This document shows positions 8,566 to 18,810 of a stretch of 35,244 nucleotides of DNA, piece by piece (position 1 is the first letter of the stretch; each line of letters opens with the position of its first letter). The notes under the pieces were generated by a model. It saw only the letters and a program-made list of their open reading frames with translations. It ran no database searches and had not been told where the DNA came from. A program made the position numbers and the translations under genes. Location: the IMG/VR virus record IMGVR_UViG_3300010413_000100, positions 1 through 35,244 of that record. One strand, written 5' to 3'. The stretch comes from a virus.

Positions 8566-8970
8566 ATGTTTGAACAAGCAATTTACGATTATATAAAAAA
8601 TAATTTTACAGTATCAGGATTTACTTTAAAATTTGGTTTTGGAGATATTGGAGAAGATAATCAATATCCTTATATTATTCAAAATTCTTTAGATGCAGAT
8701 GGAAGTCGTCCAGATGTTTGCGCAGATAATCAATTTACAAAAGGTGGTATTGCTTCTTTACAATGGACTATTTATCATAAAAATATTTCAAATGCTTTTT
8801 ATATCAAAAGACAGCTTGATAAATTTATTTCTGCTATAAAAAAATTGACTTTTGATGGAAAAGATTACATAGTTTATTTAACTACTCACGATAATTCTAC
8901 GGCTGGGGTTTGGGCTAATGGATTAAATAGTGAAATTTTATCAAAAACTTTAACTTATGAGGTACAATAA
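8566..8970 (+). CDS. Tail terminator protein (DUF3168/gp17-like)
   Basis: Position between gp10-like and major tail genes; YPYI motif; size. Confidence 0.6.
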   Translation: MFEQAIYDYIKNNFTVSGFTLKFGFGDIGEDNQYPYIIQNSLDADGSRPDVCADNQFTKGGIASLQWTIYHKNISNAFYIKRQLDKFISAIKKLTFDGKDYIVYLTTHDNSTAGVWANGLNSEILSKTLTYEVQ

Positions 8971-9638
8971 TGAGTACAAAAAAATTGAATGAATTAGACG
9001 GAAACCTTGCGAGTGTGTCGCTCGGTGCTGAAATAGAAGGTGATGGTGTGACTCCTTTAAGCGCTGGTTATTATGTAATAACTGCAGTAGGAAGTCCATC
9101 AGGTTTACCAACAAATGCAGAGGCAGGATATCCTTTTTACTCTGATACAGGCATTACACCTGAAACAGGCGATAAAGTAAAACCAATGACATTTACAAAT
9201 TTATGTGATGTTCAAAATGCAAGTCTCGAATTTGCAAAAGATGAAATTGAAGATACAACAATTTGTGATAGAGTTAAAACTTATAAATTTGGTCGTTCAG
9301 ATATCACGGGAACTATAGAAGGTGTAATGACTGTCGGATTGACGGATTTAGCAAATAGCTTTATGAATAAAGTTATAGATATAGTAAGCCAATCAGCAGA
9401 TTTATCAACTTTAATTATTTCAAAAATAGATAATACAAAAATTTATTTGCAATTAGAGGTAAATAAAGAATCAATAAATGATGAACCAACATCATTCTAT
9501 TTATTACCGGTTGTTTTGGGTGGATTTAGCGCGGGAATTTCTCAAGGGGAAGCGCAAACATTTTCTTCAAACTTTAGAATTGTTGAAGATGATGAAGTTA
9601 AACCATCTTATTTTAAATTAAGTCAACCAGTAGTATAA
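8970..9638 (+). CDS. Major tail (tube) protein
   Basis: LCDVQNASLEFAKDEIEDTTICD...DITGTIEG and GISQGEAQTFS motifs of siphovirus tube proteins; synteny. Confidence 0.8.
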   Translation: MSTKKLNELDGNLASVSLGAEIEGDGVTPLSAGYYVITAVGSPSGLPTNAEAGYPFYSDTGITPETGDKVKPMTFTNLCDVQNASLEFAKDEIEDTTICDRVKTYKFGRSDITGTIEGVMTVGLTDLANSFMNKVIDIVSQSADLSTLIISKIDNTKIYLQLEVNKESINDEPTSFYLLPVVLGGFSAGISQGEAQTFSSNFRIVEDDEVKPSYFKLSQPVV

Positions 9639-9639
9639 A

Positions 9640-9987
9640 ATGAAAATAAATGTATTTACTAAAGAAATCGCAATAATTCCGTCTATTTGTAAAGATAATG
9701 ATAAATTTAAAATTATTTTTCGTTATCCAAATCAATTTGACTCAACTAAATTGTTATTAACTTCTGAAAATCATCATGAAAGTGTTTTGAAAATTGCATG
9801 TGATTTATTTTTAAGATTTGAAAATAAACCACAATTGATTAATGAAGATGGTAAAGAAATTGATTATGAGAATTTTTCCGATATGTTAAAACTTGGCGGA
9901 AAAGATATTTTTAAAATTGTTCTTGAAGTTGTTAAATCCTTAACTGATGCGATTAAGGAGGCGAATAAAACCGAAAAAAAGTTATAA
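9640..9987 (+). CDS. Tail assembly chaperone (gpG equivalent)
   Basis: Lies between the tube and tape measure genes; ends with slippery A AAA AAG. Confidence 0.75.
   Translation: MKINVFTKEIAIIPSICKDNDKFKIIFRYPNQFDSTKLLLTSENHHESVLKIACDLFLRFENKPQLINEDGKEIDYENFSDMLKLGGKDIFKIVLEVVKSLTDAIKEANKTEKKL
9975..9981 (+). other. Programmed -1 frameshift site A AAA AAG
   Basis: In-frame heptamer whose AAG codon is followed by only TTA before the stop. The -1 frame is open from 9981 through the 10047 ORF to 10256. Confidence 0.8.
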
Positions 9988-10256
9988 TCGCTTTTCATAT
10001 TCTTAAAAAAGGAAAAATTAAACTTGAAAAGCGAGAAGAAAATAGAATGTATTTTTTAGGTGATGTTAAAAATCCTGTGGCAATCGGAAAGAAAAAAGAT
10101 TTATGGAAAAATTTAGATAATGAATTTTATGAAGTTTTCGAGATTTGGCGATGGTTTAGAATAGGAATGTTAAAATTAAATATACAAGATTTACCTTGTA
10201 ATATTGCAATAGGAATAAGAACTTTATGTGAGTTGACTAATTTTAGAGGTTTTTAA
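9981..10256 (+). CDS. gpT-equivalent extension (G-T fusion via -1 frameshift)
   Basis: The -1 frame reads VIIAFHILKKGKIKLEKREENRMYFLGD... with no stop until 10256, abutting the tape measure gene. Confidence 0.75.
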   Translation, partial: VIIAFHILKKGKIKLEKREENRMYFLGDVKNPVAIGKKKDLWKNLDNEFYEVFEIWRWFRIGMLKLNIQDLPCNIAIGIRTLCELTNFRGF

Positions 10257-12082
10257 TGGCAGATGGAAAAGTAAGAATTATAATTGTAACAAATGCGGAG
10301 TCTGTCGCTTCTCAATTTAGAAAGCTTGATGATTCTATAAATAAAACTGGGAAAAGTGCTAAAAAATTAAATTCTACAGCTAAAATTTTAAAAAATTCAT
10401 TAAAAACTTTAGGTATTGCTTTTGGTGTTCGTCAAATTATTACTTTTGGAAAAGAACTCATAAATACTTCTCTTGAATTAGAAGCTTTAGATAATAAACT
10501 TTTAGCCTCTGCAGGAAGTGCTGAACTTGCTGGACAATCTTATCAATTTATATCAGATGAGGCACAAAGATTAGGTATTGATTTAAGAAGTGCTATTGAT
10601 GGATTTGCAGGATTTAGCGCATCAGCATTAAGAAGTGGTTTAACTTTTGAAGAAACAAAGGAAATATTTTCTGATGTTTCTGATGCTTTAGTTTCATTAA
10701 ATTTAAGTGCCACAGAAACATCTTTTGTATTTAGAGCATTACAACAAGTTGCTGGTAAAGGCAAAGTTTCTTTAGAAGAAATAAGTGGTCAACTTGGTGA
10801 TACCTTACCAGGTGCTGTACAATTAGCTATAGATTCCTTAGGAAAAAGTAGAGAAGAATTTTTTAAATTAATTAAAACTGGAGAAATAGTATCAAAAGAT
10901 TTTTTACCTACTTTTGCGGAAGAAATAAGAAAGAGTTTGGGTATAAATGTTGAAGAAGCTTCACAATCAGCAAGAGCTAATTTTAATCGTTTAAATAATT
11001 CAATTCTTTTATTGAAAGATAGTTTAGGTCAACAATTAGTTCCTGAATTGGAAAGTATGGCAATCTCAATAAGAGATTTTGTTGATAATGAAGGCGATGA
11101 TTTAGTCAAAACTTTTAAAATAATAATAGATTCAATAAAAGTTTTTACAATTTCTCTTAAAGTTTTACAAAGAGCAACAACTTTTAATTTTAATTATTTA
11201 ATTAAAGATATAGGAAATCTTAAAAAGGCTTTAGATGAATTTGGCGATGTTAAAACTGCAGATGATTTAAGAAATATTGGAGACGCTGGAAAATATGCAA
11301 ATGATAATATTGAAATTCAAGAATCAACAATTTTAACTTATGATAAATTAAAAGAACAAACAGAAAAAATCAAAGAACAATTAAGAGATTTAGCTATTAC
11401 AGGTCAGCAAGGAACTGAAACTTTTAAAAATTTAAGAAAAGAATTAAAAGCAAATGAAGAACAATTAAAATTAGCTGAAAGTGCGACGAAATTTCAAGAG
11501 GCTTTAATTTCAATTGACGATGTAGCAAATATAATCGGAAATGATTTAGCAAATGCCTTGACAACACCTTTTGAACAAGGTGAAACAGCTGGAGAGAGAT
11601 TTAAAAAAGTGATAATAGGAATTTTACAAGAAATCGCAAGGCAACTTATTGCAACTGGAATTGCAAGAAGTATTGCTAATATTTTCGGAGGTGGAGCAAC
11701 TGGAATAGCATCTACGCCATCAGCAAAAGGAAATGTATTTAAAGATAATAAAGTAATGCCTTTCGCAAATGGTGGTGTTGTAAGTTCTCCTACTTTATTT
11801 CCAATGCAAAAAGGAATTGGTTTAATGGGAGAGGCTGGGGCAGAAGCTATTTTACCATTGACAAGAACTAAAAATGGAAAGCTTGGAGTTGAAACAAGCG
11901 GAGGTGGAAATATAAATATTTTTAACCAAACACCATCTCAAATTGAAGTTATAAAAAGACCAAATAATGACAGAGATATTTTCATAAAACAATTTAATAG
12001 TGCTTTATCAAGTGAAAGAAGTAAAAGCGCTTTTGAAACCGCTTTACAAAATCAAGATTTAAGAGGAGTACAAGCATCATGA
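10256..12082 (+). CDS. Tail tape measure protein
   Basis: N-terminal tape-measure domain (ALQQVAGKGKVSLEEISGQLGD) and lambda-like C-terminal FANGGVV...GLMGEAGAEAILPL. 608 aa implies a short tail of roughly 90 nm. Confidence 0.93.
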   Translation: MADGKVRIIIVTNAESVASQFRKLDDSINKTGKSAKKLNSTAKILKNSLKTLGIAFGVRQIITFGKELINTSLELEALDNKLLASAGSAELAGQSYQFISDEAQRLGIDLRSAIDGFAGFSASALRSGLTFEETKEIFSDVSDALVSLNLSATETSFVFRALQQVAGKGKVSLEEISGQLGDTLPGAVQLAIDSLGKSREEFFKLIKTGEIVSKDFLPTFAEEIRKSLGINVEEASQSARANFNRLNNSILLLKDSLGQQLVPELESMAISIRDFVDNEGDDLVKTFKIIIDSIKVFTISLKVLQRATTFNFNYLIKDIGNLKKALDEFGDVKTADDLRNIGDAGKYANDNIEIQESTILTYDKLKEQTEKIKEQLRDLAITGQQGTETFKNLRKELKANEEQLKLAESATKFQEALISIDDVANIIGNDLANALTTPFEQGETAGERFKKVIIGILQEIARQLIATGIARSIANIFGGGATGIASTPSAKGNVFKDNKVMPFANGGVVSSPTLFPMQKGIGLMGEAGAEAILPLTRTKNGKLGVETSGGGNINIFNQTPSQIEVIKRPNNDRDIFIKQFNSALSSERSKSAFETALQNQDLRGVQAS

Positions 12083-12528
12083 CAGAAATTTTAGAAAAAT
12101 GGAGATGGGGAGATTTATTATCAAATAGTTTTCAAGACGAAGACCAAAACGGATTTATTGAAGTCTCTCCAGACGCTGGACAACCATTTAGAAGAGAAAC
12201 TTTTACAGATATAGATAATATAATAAAAGGTTATATAATAGTTTCTTTAGAAGATTATTTAGATTTTAAAAGCTGGTATAGAAATACAATAAAACAAGGA
12301 ACTATACCATTTACTTTTTATGATTGCAGAATTGAAGTTGACAGAACTGCAAGATTTCTTGATAAACCTTTATATAGACAAGTTTCAAATTATTATCAAA
12401 TAGAAGTTAAATTATCTTTAGAACAGACTAAAATTTATGTCGATTATTCTTTATTGACTGAAGGCGGAGAATATTTATTGACTGAAGGCGGAGAAAATCT
12501 TGTAGCAACCAAAGAATTAATTGTATGA
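12079..12528 (+). CDS. Distal tail protein-like
   Basis: Position after TMP; PDAGQPFRRETFT and W...IKQG..PF pattern; C-terminal LLTEGGE repeat. Confidence 0.65.
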   Translation: MTEILEKWRWGDLLSNSFQDEDQNGFIEVSPDAGQPFRRETFTDIDNIIKGYIIVSLEDYLDFKSWYRNTIKQGTIPFTFYDCRIEVDRTARFLDKPLYRQVSNYYQIEVKLSLEQTKIYVDYSLLTEGGEYLLTEGGENLVATKELIV

Positions 12529-13019
12529 GCGAATTTGAATTAAAAAAATCAGCATATAGTAGATATTTAGGCAGAGGTTTATATATTTTGCTTGAATTTT
12601 CCCATTCTTCTTGGTTGGAAACTTATAGATTTATAAATAATAATAAAACTATCACAATTGATAGTAATGAATATTTAGGATTACCTTTTAAATTGCTTTT
12701 CAATACGCAAGGTGAAAATTCTGGAACTTCTATAGGTATAGCGAATATTGATAGACAATTAACTTATAAAATAAGAGAAGCGGTTAAAAGTTCTTATAAA
12801 AATAAAAATATACAATGTAAAATATATTTGGCTCATATAGAAAGAGATACATCGGGCAATTTAATTTCTGAAAAATATGATAGAGGAACTTTTGAAGTTA
12901 TTAGTTTAGATATTGATAAAACGCAAATTAATTTAGGTATCAATCTTATATTGTCAATAGGTTATAATATAGGCACAATAAGATATAATAAAAATTTATT
13001 TCCAAATTTATACTTATGA
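12525..13019 (+). CDS. Minor tail protein (DUF1833/gpL-like hub)
   Basis: LLEFSHSSW...RF.NN...I...EYLGLPF.L and YNKNLFPNLY motifs. Confidence 0.75.
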   Translation: MSEFELKKSAYSRYLGRGLYILLEFSHSSWLETYRFINNNKTITIDSNEYLGLPFKLLFNTQGENSGTSIGIANIDRQLTYKIREAVKSSYKNKNIQCKIYLAHIERDTSGNLISEKYDRGTFEVISLDIDKTQINLGINLILSIGYNIGTIRYNKNLFPNLYL

Positions 13020-13372
13020 AAAATTATTTGAAACATTTTAATAAAAAATATGAACTCGGCAAATGTGATTGCTGGACTCTTATTCAAGATATTTTTAAAG
13101 AAGAACATAATATAGATTTACCAAAATATCCTTTTGTAATAGAAGGAAATGAAAAAGATTTCGCTAAACATTTAAGAGCTAATTTATTATTTGAAGAAAT
13201 AAAAGAACCAAAAAAAACTTGTATTGTGCATAAAAGCGGAATTAATGAACATATAGGTTATTGTGTAGGAAATAATAAATATATTCATAGGACAATTTTA
13301 GGTACAAAAATAAATAAAATTCCCGATAGATATTGTAAATTTTATTATATAAAGGGGGTTAAATGTATATAA
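13016..13372 (+). CDS. NlpC/P60 tail-associated peptidase (gpK-like)
   Basis: DCW (Cys), HIG (His) and IH catalytic residues present. Confidence 0.85.
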   Translation: MKNYLKHFNKKYELGKCDCWTLIQDIFKEEHNIDLPKYPFVIEGNEKDFAKHLRANLLFEEIKEPKKTCIVHKSGINEHIGYCVGNNKYIHRTILGTKINKIPDRYCKFYYIKGVKCI

Positions 13373-16300
13373 TTGATGAAATTTTATATTTTTTTAGTGA
13401 AATAAAAAGATTTATTTTAAGAAGACCACGAGGAATTGTTTTTTTTCGTGAAAAGGTTCTTTTAAATGAAAAAATAAAAGGAAAACGATGTGCTGGAATA
13501 AAATTAAAAAAATTATTTACAAAAGAAGAATTAAAATTTGTTTATGTAAATGGAAAAAAGAAAAAATCAAGATATAGATTAAAAGAAGGTGATATTTGTG
13601 AATATATTAAATCTCCTGAAGGAGATTTTGTCGCTGATGTCTTTACAATTGTTGTTGGTGCTGTTTTAGTTGTTGCGGGAATCGCAACAGGAAATCCCAT
13701 TTTGACACAAATAGGTGCTGGTTTGATAATTGGCGGTTCTGTTTCTGCTTTAACAAAATTATTGTTTCCTATAAAACCTCCATCTTTTAGAATTTCGCCT
13801 CAAGAAGGTCAAGGTACATCTCAACCACCAGAAATTAAAGGAGCAAGTAATACGATTTCAAAATCAATTTTACCTTATGTTTTTGGTGAAACTATACAAA
13901 CTCCTTTTTATGCGCAATATCCATATAGGCTTATTGCTGATGGTTCATCTACTAATAAATATAGACAATACTTTATATCAAATTATGATAATGTTAATAT
14001 TTATAATGAAAAAATTGGAGAGACAAATGTTGGGTCTTATTCCAGTAATTTTTTAGATATAAATAAATCTTATGGTGGAAGTTCTTTTATAGGTTTTGAT
14101 AATGTCAAACCTGTTCCACGAGAAGAGCAATTATCAGTTGATATTACACAAGAAGTTTTTGAAATTTCAAATGAAGTTTATAATCAAAATGTTGAAGGTT
14201 ATGCTCAAGGATCTATTTGGTATGGTATAAAACCGAATGTGGGTTCGACAATTACTATAAACGGTGTTGTTTTTACTTATGTTGTTACTGCTGGAAGTCC
14301 GACTGAAATTGCAATAGGTACAACTTTATTAACTGCGTTAAATAACACAGTAGCGGTTTTAAATGCTTCAACTAATCCTCTTGTAACCCCTGCAACTTAT
14401 TCAAATAATGGTTCAGATACTTTAATAATTATTTATGATTCTAAGGGAGCGGAAGGAAACGAATTCACTCTTGACGCAAATTTGCCAGATGGTTATTTAG
14501 TTACTCAAATGACCGGCGGAGTTTCTACTTATTTACAATATGATTTTATTTTAGAATTTACAAATGTTGATAGTTCAAATTTTAGTGATAAAAATTTTAA
14601 AATTGAAGTTGATATTTTAGATGATACTTTGCCGACTCCATCAGAAATTACTTTATCACAAACATATTTAATAGAATTCGGTGATTTAGTTTTAGTAGGA
14701 GGTACAACTTATCGATACATAGGAACAAAAACTTGGACTCAAAATATTTCAGGAATAATTGAGACAAGATTTTTTGCTACGACAGACACAAGGATTTTGC
14801 CTGAAGAAGTTGAAGATGGTCTTGAAGTAGAAATTGTTGAAGAAGAATTGACAACAGATTTATTCAATGATTCTTACACAATAAATAATCCTATAAATAA
14901 ATATATAGGTGTTGTTTCAGAAGTTCTTGAGACAAGCCCTGATGATACAACAGATATAGATATAATAATCGCTTTTCCAGTTGGTCTTTATAAACAAAAA
15001 AGCGATGGGGGAAGAGAGTCGAGAATTGCGTCAATTAATGTTAAATATAAAACACAATCAGGGTCTTTTCAGGATATAGATACAGCAACTTTATATGTAA
15101 GAGATATTAATGGGAATAAACAACCTTTATCTTCCTCGACAACCACTGTGAACGGAGCAATAGTTTCTTTTAGTCCACCTGATAATATAAATCAAGCTGA
15201 CGAATTATTTTTTAGAACAATAGGAATGACTTTAACAAAAGATAAATATACAATAAAGGTTTCATCGGCGGATTTGTATGAAAAAACAAATTTTGATATT
15301 GGTTATCCTGTTTTAAGTGAATTTAATTTTTATGTCGATGGAGATGTAATTGATGAAACAATTTTACCTAATGTAAACCAAATTTCAGTTGAAGCGATAG
15401 CTTATGGCTCATTATCAGGTACATTAAGACAATATAATTATTTGGCTAAATCAGAATTGCCCATTTGGGATGGCACAAATTGGTCTACAACAGCAGAAAC
15501 TCGTAATCCTGCAAGTATAATAAGAGATTTACTCACAAATGATTTAATAAACCCTCGTGCTGAAAGCATTGATAGCATTGATAATGATTCTCTTGTAGAA
15601 TTATATAATTGGTGTGAAACTGAAGATTATTATGTTGATGGAATTATATCAGAACAATTTAAAATTTTAGAATTAATTCAAACTTTATTATCAAATTGTC
15701 AAGCTTCATTTACTTTTTATAACGGAAAATATTATTTTGTAATTGATAACCCTTCAAAAGAACCAATTGATTTATTTAATCAACATAATTCTTTCAATTT
15801 TAAATGGACTCCACAAATTGGAAGATTAACAGATGCTTTGAGAATTGGATTTATAAATAATGATGATTATTCAGAAGATGAAATAACTTTATATTATTAT
15901 GATGATAATGTTTATCAAATACCAAAATCTGGCACAAGTGATGTTGATTATCAAATTATAAAAACTGATTATCAATTTTTAACTGATAAATCTTCTGTTA
16001 TTAAATTAGGAACTTATGCTTTAAAATTGATTCAAGAAAAAAGAAATGTATTTGAATTTTCTGTTAATTTAGAAGCTTTAAGTTTAAAACTTTATGATAG
16101 GATTTATATTTCTAATACATGTGATTTAGAGAAAGAAAGTACTGGATTGATTAAAGAACTTATTTTAAGTGGTGGGAATTTAATAGGATTTAAACTTTAT
16201 TCATTTATTCAAATTGAAAAAAATTCTCAAATAACAATTCGTTCTTTAGACTTTACAAATGAAATTCCACAAATTAAAGTTTTTAATGTATTAAATGATG

Positions 16301-16503
16301 GTTTTAAAGATGAAATTGAAATATCACCTATTGCTTATGATGGAAATATTAGAGGTGCTGGTATGATAAAAGGCATTTCTGAAGATTTTTATTATAAGGG
16401 AGATATTTTTGATATAGGTGTTAATCCTATATTTGAATGTGTTATTATAAATATTAGATATAATGAAGATTTAACGGCTACAATTACTGCAAGGGAGGCT
16501 TGA
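13363..16503 (+). CDS. Tail tip / host-specificity protein (gpJ-like) with N-terminal gpI-like beta-grasp domain
   Basis: 1046 aa; VYVNG...YRLKEGD N-terminus; LPYVFG and TRNPASIIRDLL motifs of gpJ-like proteins. Confidence 0.85.
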   Translation: MYIIDEILYFFSEIKRFILRRPRGIVFFREKVLLNEKIKGKRCAGIKLKKLFTKEELKFVYVNGKKKKSRYRLKEGDICEYIKSPEGDFVADVFTIVVGAVLVVAGIATGNPILTQIGAGLIIGGSVSALTKLLFPIKPPSFRISPQEGQGTSQPPEIKGASNTISKSILPYVFGETIQTPFYAQYPYRLIADGSSTNKYRQYFISNYDNVNIYNEKIGETNVGSYSSNFLDINKSYGGSSFIGFDNVKPVPREEQLSVDITQEVFEISNEVYNQNVEGYAQGSIWYGIKPNVGSTITINGVVFTYVVTAGSPTEIAIGTTLLTALNNTVAVLNASTNPLVTPATYSNNGSDTLIIIYDSKGAEGNEFTLDANLPDGYLVTQMTGGVSTYLQYDFILEFTNVDSSNFSDKNFKIEVDILDDTLPTPSEITLSQTYLIEFGDLVLVGGTTYRYIGTKTWTQNISGIIETRFFATTDTRILPEEVEDGLEVEIVEEELTTDLFNDSYTINNPINKYIGVVSEVLETSPDDTTDIDIIIAFPVGLYKQKSDGGRESRIASINVKYKTQSGSFQDIDTATLYVRDINGNKQPLSSSTTTVNGAIVSFSPPDNINQADELFFRTIGMTLTKDKYTIKVSSADLYEKTNFDIGYPVLSEFNFYVDGDVIDETILPNVNQISVEAIAYGSLSGTLRQYNYLAKSELPIWDGTNWSTTAETRNPASIIRDLLTNDLINPRAESIDSIDNDSLVELYNWCETEDYYVDGIISEQFKILELIQTLLSNCQASFTFYNGKYYFVIDNPSKEPIDLFNQHNSFNFKWTPQIGRLTDALRIGFINNDDYSEDEITLYYYDDNVYQIPKSGTSDVDYQIIKTDYQFLTDKSSVIKLGTYALKLIQEKRNVFEFSVNLEALSLKLYDRIYISNTCDLEKESTGLIKELILSGGNLIGFKLYSFIQIEKNSQITIRSLDFTNEIPQIKVFNVLNDGFKDEIEISPIAYDGNIRGAGMIKGISEDFYYKGDIFDIGVNPIFECVIINIRYNEDLTATITAREA

Positions 16504-16508
16504 TTTTT

Positions 16509-17882
16509 ATGGATAAAAAAGCAAAAAAAATAAAAATAAATACTGATTTAATAATAAGAACAATTGATGATAAAAGAGAATTTGATTGTGAAAAATGGGG
16601 ACAAAATAGACGTCTTGAAGGAAAAAAAGCAAGTAAATTTGAATGGGACGACCCCAAAAAAGCTGATGGTGTTCCTATTTTGGTTAGAGAAAAAATTACT
16701 GATGCTGACCCAAATATTAAAATGTCATTTGATTTATTTTCTTTAATTGCTAATACAAAAGCCGGATATTTAGGCGGGGATATTACAAGAGTTTATAGTG
16801 AAAATATTAAAGATGAAGTTAAAAATAAATATAAAGAATTTGATAGAATAAATTATACCAAATCATTTCTAAAAACTTTAATGGAAAATGTATCAGCAAC
16901 AGGAAATACATACACATTAAATTTTTTATATAATGGTGGAGTTAAAATCAAAGAAATCAAAAATTATAATTGTTTAATTATAAAAGATAAAAAAACAGAC
17001 GAGAAATTATATTCTGTAATTTATTCTTATGAAAAAGATGAAGATAAAGATAAAATAATATGGATTTATGATAATACCAATGTATATGAATATACATATA
17101 AAAAATCAAAAAACAAACAAACAAACAATTCTATAATTTTATCTAAACAAAGTCCGCATGGCTTTACTAAAAATCCTGTAATTGAATGGAAAAATAATAA
17201 TAAATGTAGAGGAAATAGTGAAAAAGCTATTACTTTGCTTGATACATGGGATAGATTGGCGAGCGATAATTCTACTGAATCGGCTACTTTCAGACAAGCA
17301 TATTTATTATTAAAAAATATGGGACTTATTGACGAAAAGACCAAAAAAGAAATGGAAAAAACTGGCGTGATAATCGCTGATTCCGAAAATTCTGAAGCAA
17401 AATTTATTACTAAAGATATTAATCCCGAATTTGTTAAGCTTGTTTTAGAATATGTTTGGAATGGAATTTGGGTCGTTTCTTCGAGCATTGACCCAAAAGC
17501 TTTAAGTACTTTAAAAAATGCTACAGCCTTTCAAATAAATCAATTATTTAGACTTCTTGAAAATGATTCTAAAAATACCGAAATGGAATGGAAAAAAAGT
17601 TTACAGGAATTAGATGAACTTTTAAAGAGCTATTGGACTGGACTTGATGTAAATTCTATTTCTGAATATGATACTTTTGAAATAAATTACGAATTCCCAA
17701 GAAATAAGCCAAAAGATGAACTTGCAGATTTAGAAGCTATTTTAAGGGCTGGGGGAAGATTACCACAAAAAGAGATATTTAGACGTTCCGGTTATTCCGA
17801 AGATAAAGCAGAAGAATTGGCGAAATTATCAGAAAAAGAAGCTATGGATAGTTTACCTGATTTAGATAATGAAAATTTATAA
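16509..17882 (+). CDS. Portal protein, SPP1 gp6-like
   Basis: HGFTKNPVIEWKNN...GNSEKAITLLDTWD...SD, AKFITKDIN and FPRNKPKD motifs. The GGAGG SD inside the gpJ 3' end supports ATG 16509. Confidence 0.92.
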   Translation: MDKKAKKIKINTDLIIRTIDDKREFDCEKWGQNRRLEGKKASKFEWDDPKKADGVPILVREKITDADPNIKMSFDLFSLIANTKAGYLGGDITRVYSENIKDEVKNKYKEFDRINYTKSFLKTLMENVSATGNTYTLNFLYNGGVKIKEIKNYNCLIIKDKKTDEKLYSVIYSYEKDEDKDKIIWIYDNTNVYEYTYKKSKNKQTNNSIILSKQSPHGFTKNPVIEWKNNNKCRGNSEKAITLLDTWDRLASDNSTESATFRQAYLLLKNMGLIDEKTKKEMEKTGVIIADSENSEAKFITKDINPEFVKLVLEYVWNGIWVVSSSIDPKALSTLKNATAFQINQLFRLLENDSKNTEMEWKKSLQELDELLKSYWTGLDVNSISEYDTFEINYEFPRNKPKDELADLEAILRAGGRLPQKEIFRRSGYSEDKAEELAKLSEKEAMDSLPDLDNENL

Positions 17883-18736
17883 TGCTAACTCCAAAAAAGA
17901 AAGAACAAAAAGAGATAAGAAAAAAAGAGATAGAAAGAATAGCGTTAATAAATATTTTATCTTTTAAAACTATATCAGAAATAAGAAGATTAATTAGAAA
18001 AAGATTGAAACCTAATATGTCTAAAATTCAAATTAGACAAATTGAAAAAATAATTATTTCAAAATATTTCAATATGTTTAAAAAAATAAAAAAATCAATT
18101 TTAAATTCCTATAATCAATCATCAATTGAAAGCAAATTTTTAATAGAAAATACACTAAAAAGAAAATTAACTTTTTTAAAAATAGATAATTTAAAAAAAT
18201 TTCCAACAACTTATGAATTTAGAATAACTAATCATATTTTAAGTAATAAATCAATTTTAAAAAGAAGTAAAAATTTAGCTTTAAGAACAACAAAAATAAT
18301 TGAAAATTCTTTAGATAAAGGATTTTCTATAGAAAAAACAACAAAATTATTAGATATTGAATTTGGTTTTAGAGACAGACACGGAAAAATCACAAGAAAA
18401 ACTTTAAATCTCTTAAAAGAAGGCAAATTGACGAGAACAAACGGCCATATTTATCGTACTTATAGAATAGCAAGAACAGAAAGTATGCGCATGGCATCTT
18501 TACAACAATATAAAAGATTTGAAGAATTAAAGGCTAATGGTTTTGGCAATGTTAGAATACAAATGATTTCAACATTGGACAATAGAACTCGTCCTCAATC
18601 AATTCAAATGAATAAACAAATAAGTACAAAAAATGGAACTTTTAAGTATCCAAATGGACAGTTTTATAAACATGGATTAGCTCCTGCGAAATGGTCTATT
18701 AATGATAGAGAAACAACTATAATTATTTTCTTATAA
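17882..18736 (+). CDS. Minor head / head morphogenesis protein (SPP1 gp7, Mu F-like)
   Basis: RIARTES and STLDNRTR motifs; follows the portal. Confidence 0.85.
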   Translation: MLTPKKKEQKEIRKKEIERIALINILSFKTISEIRRLIRKRLKPNMSKIQIRQIEKIIISKYFNMFKKIKKSILNSYNQSSIESKFLIENTLKRKLTFLKIDNLKKFPTTYEFRITNHILSNKSILKRSKNLALRTTKIIENSLDKGFSIEKTTKLLDIEFGFRDRHGKITRKTLNLLKEGKLTRTNGHIYRTYRIARTESMRMASLQQYKRFEELKANGFGNVRIQMISTLDNRTRPQSIQMNKQISTKNGTFKYPNGQFYKHGLAPAKWSINDRETTIIIFL

Positions 18737-18810
18737 GATTTGACTTAATATGTTATATATGCCATATTTGAAATAATTTATTGACTTATTAATTTTAAAA
18801 AGGTTATTAT

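Noticed and set aside
12451-12496. Duplicated TTATTGACTGAAGGCGGAGA (LLTEGGE twice)
   Set aside because: A common L.TE.G repeat at the ends of virion proteins; nothing suggests a separate function.
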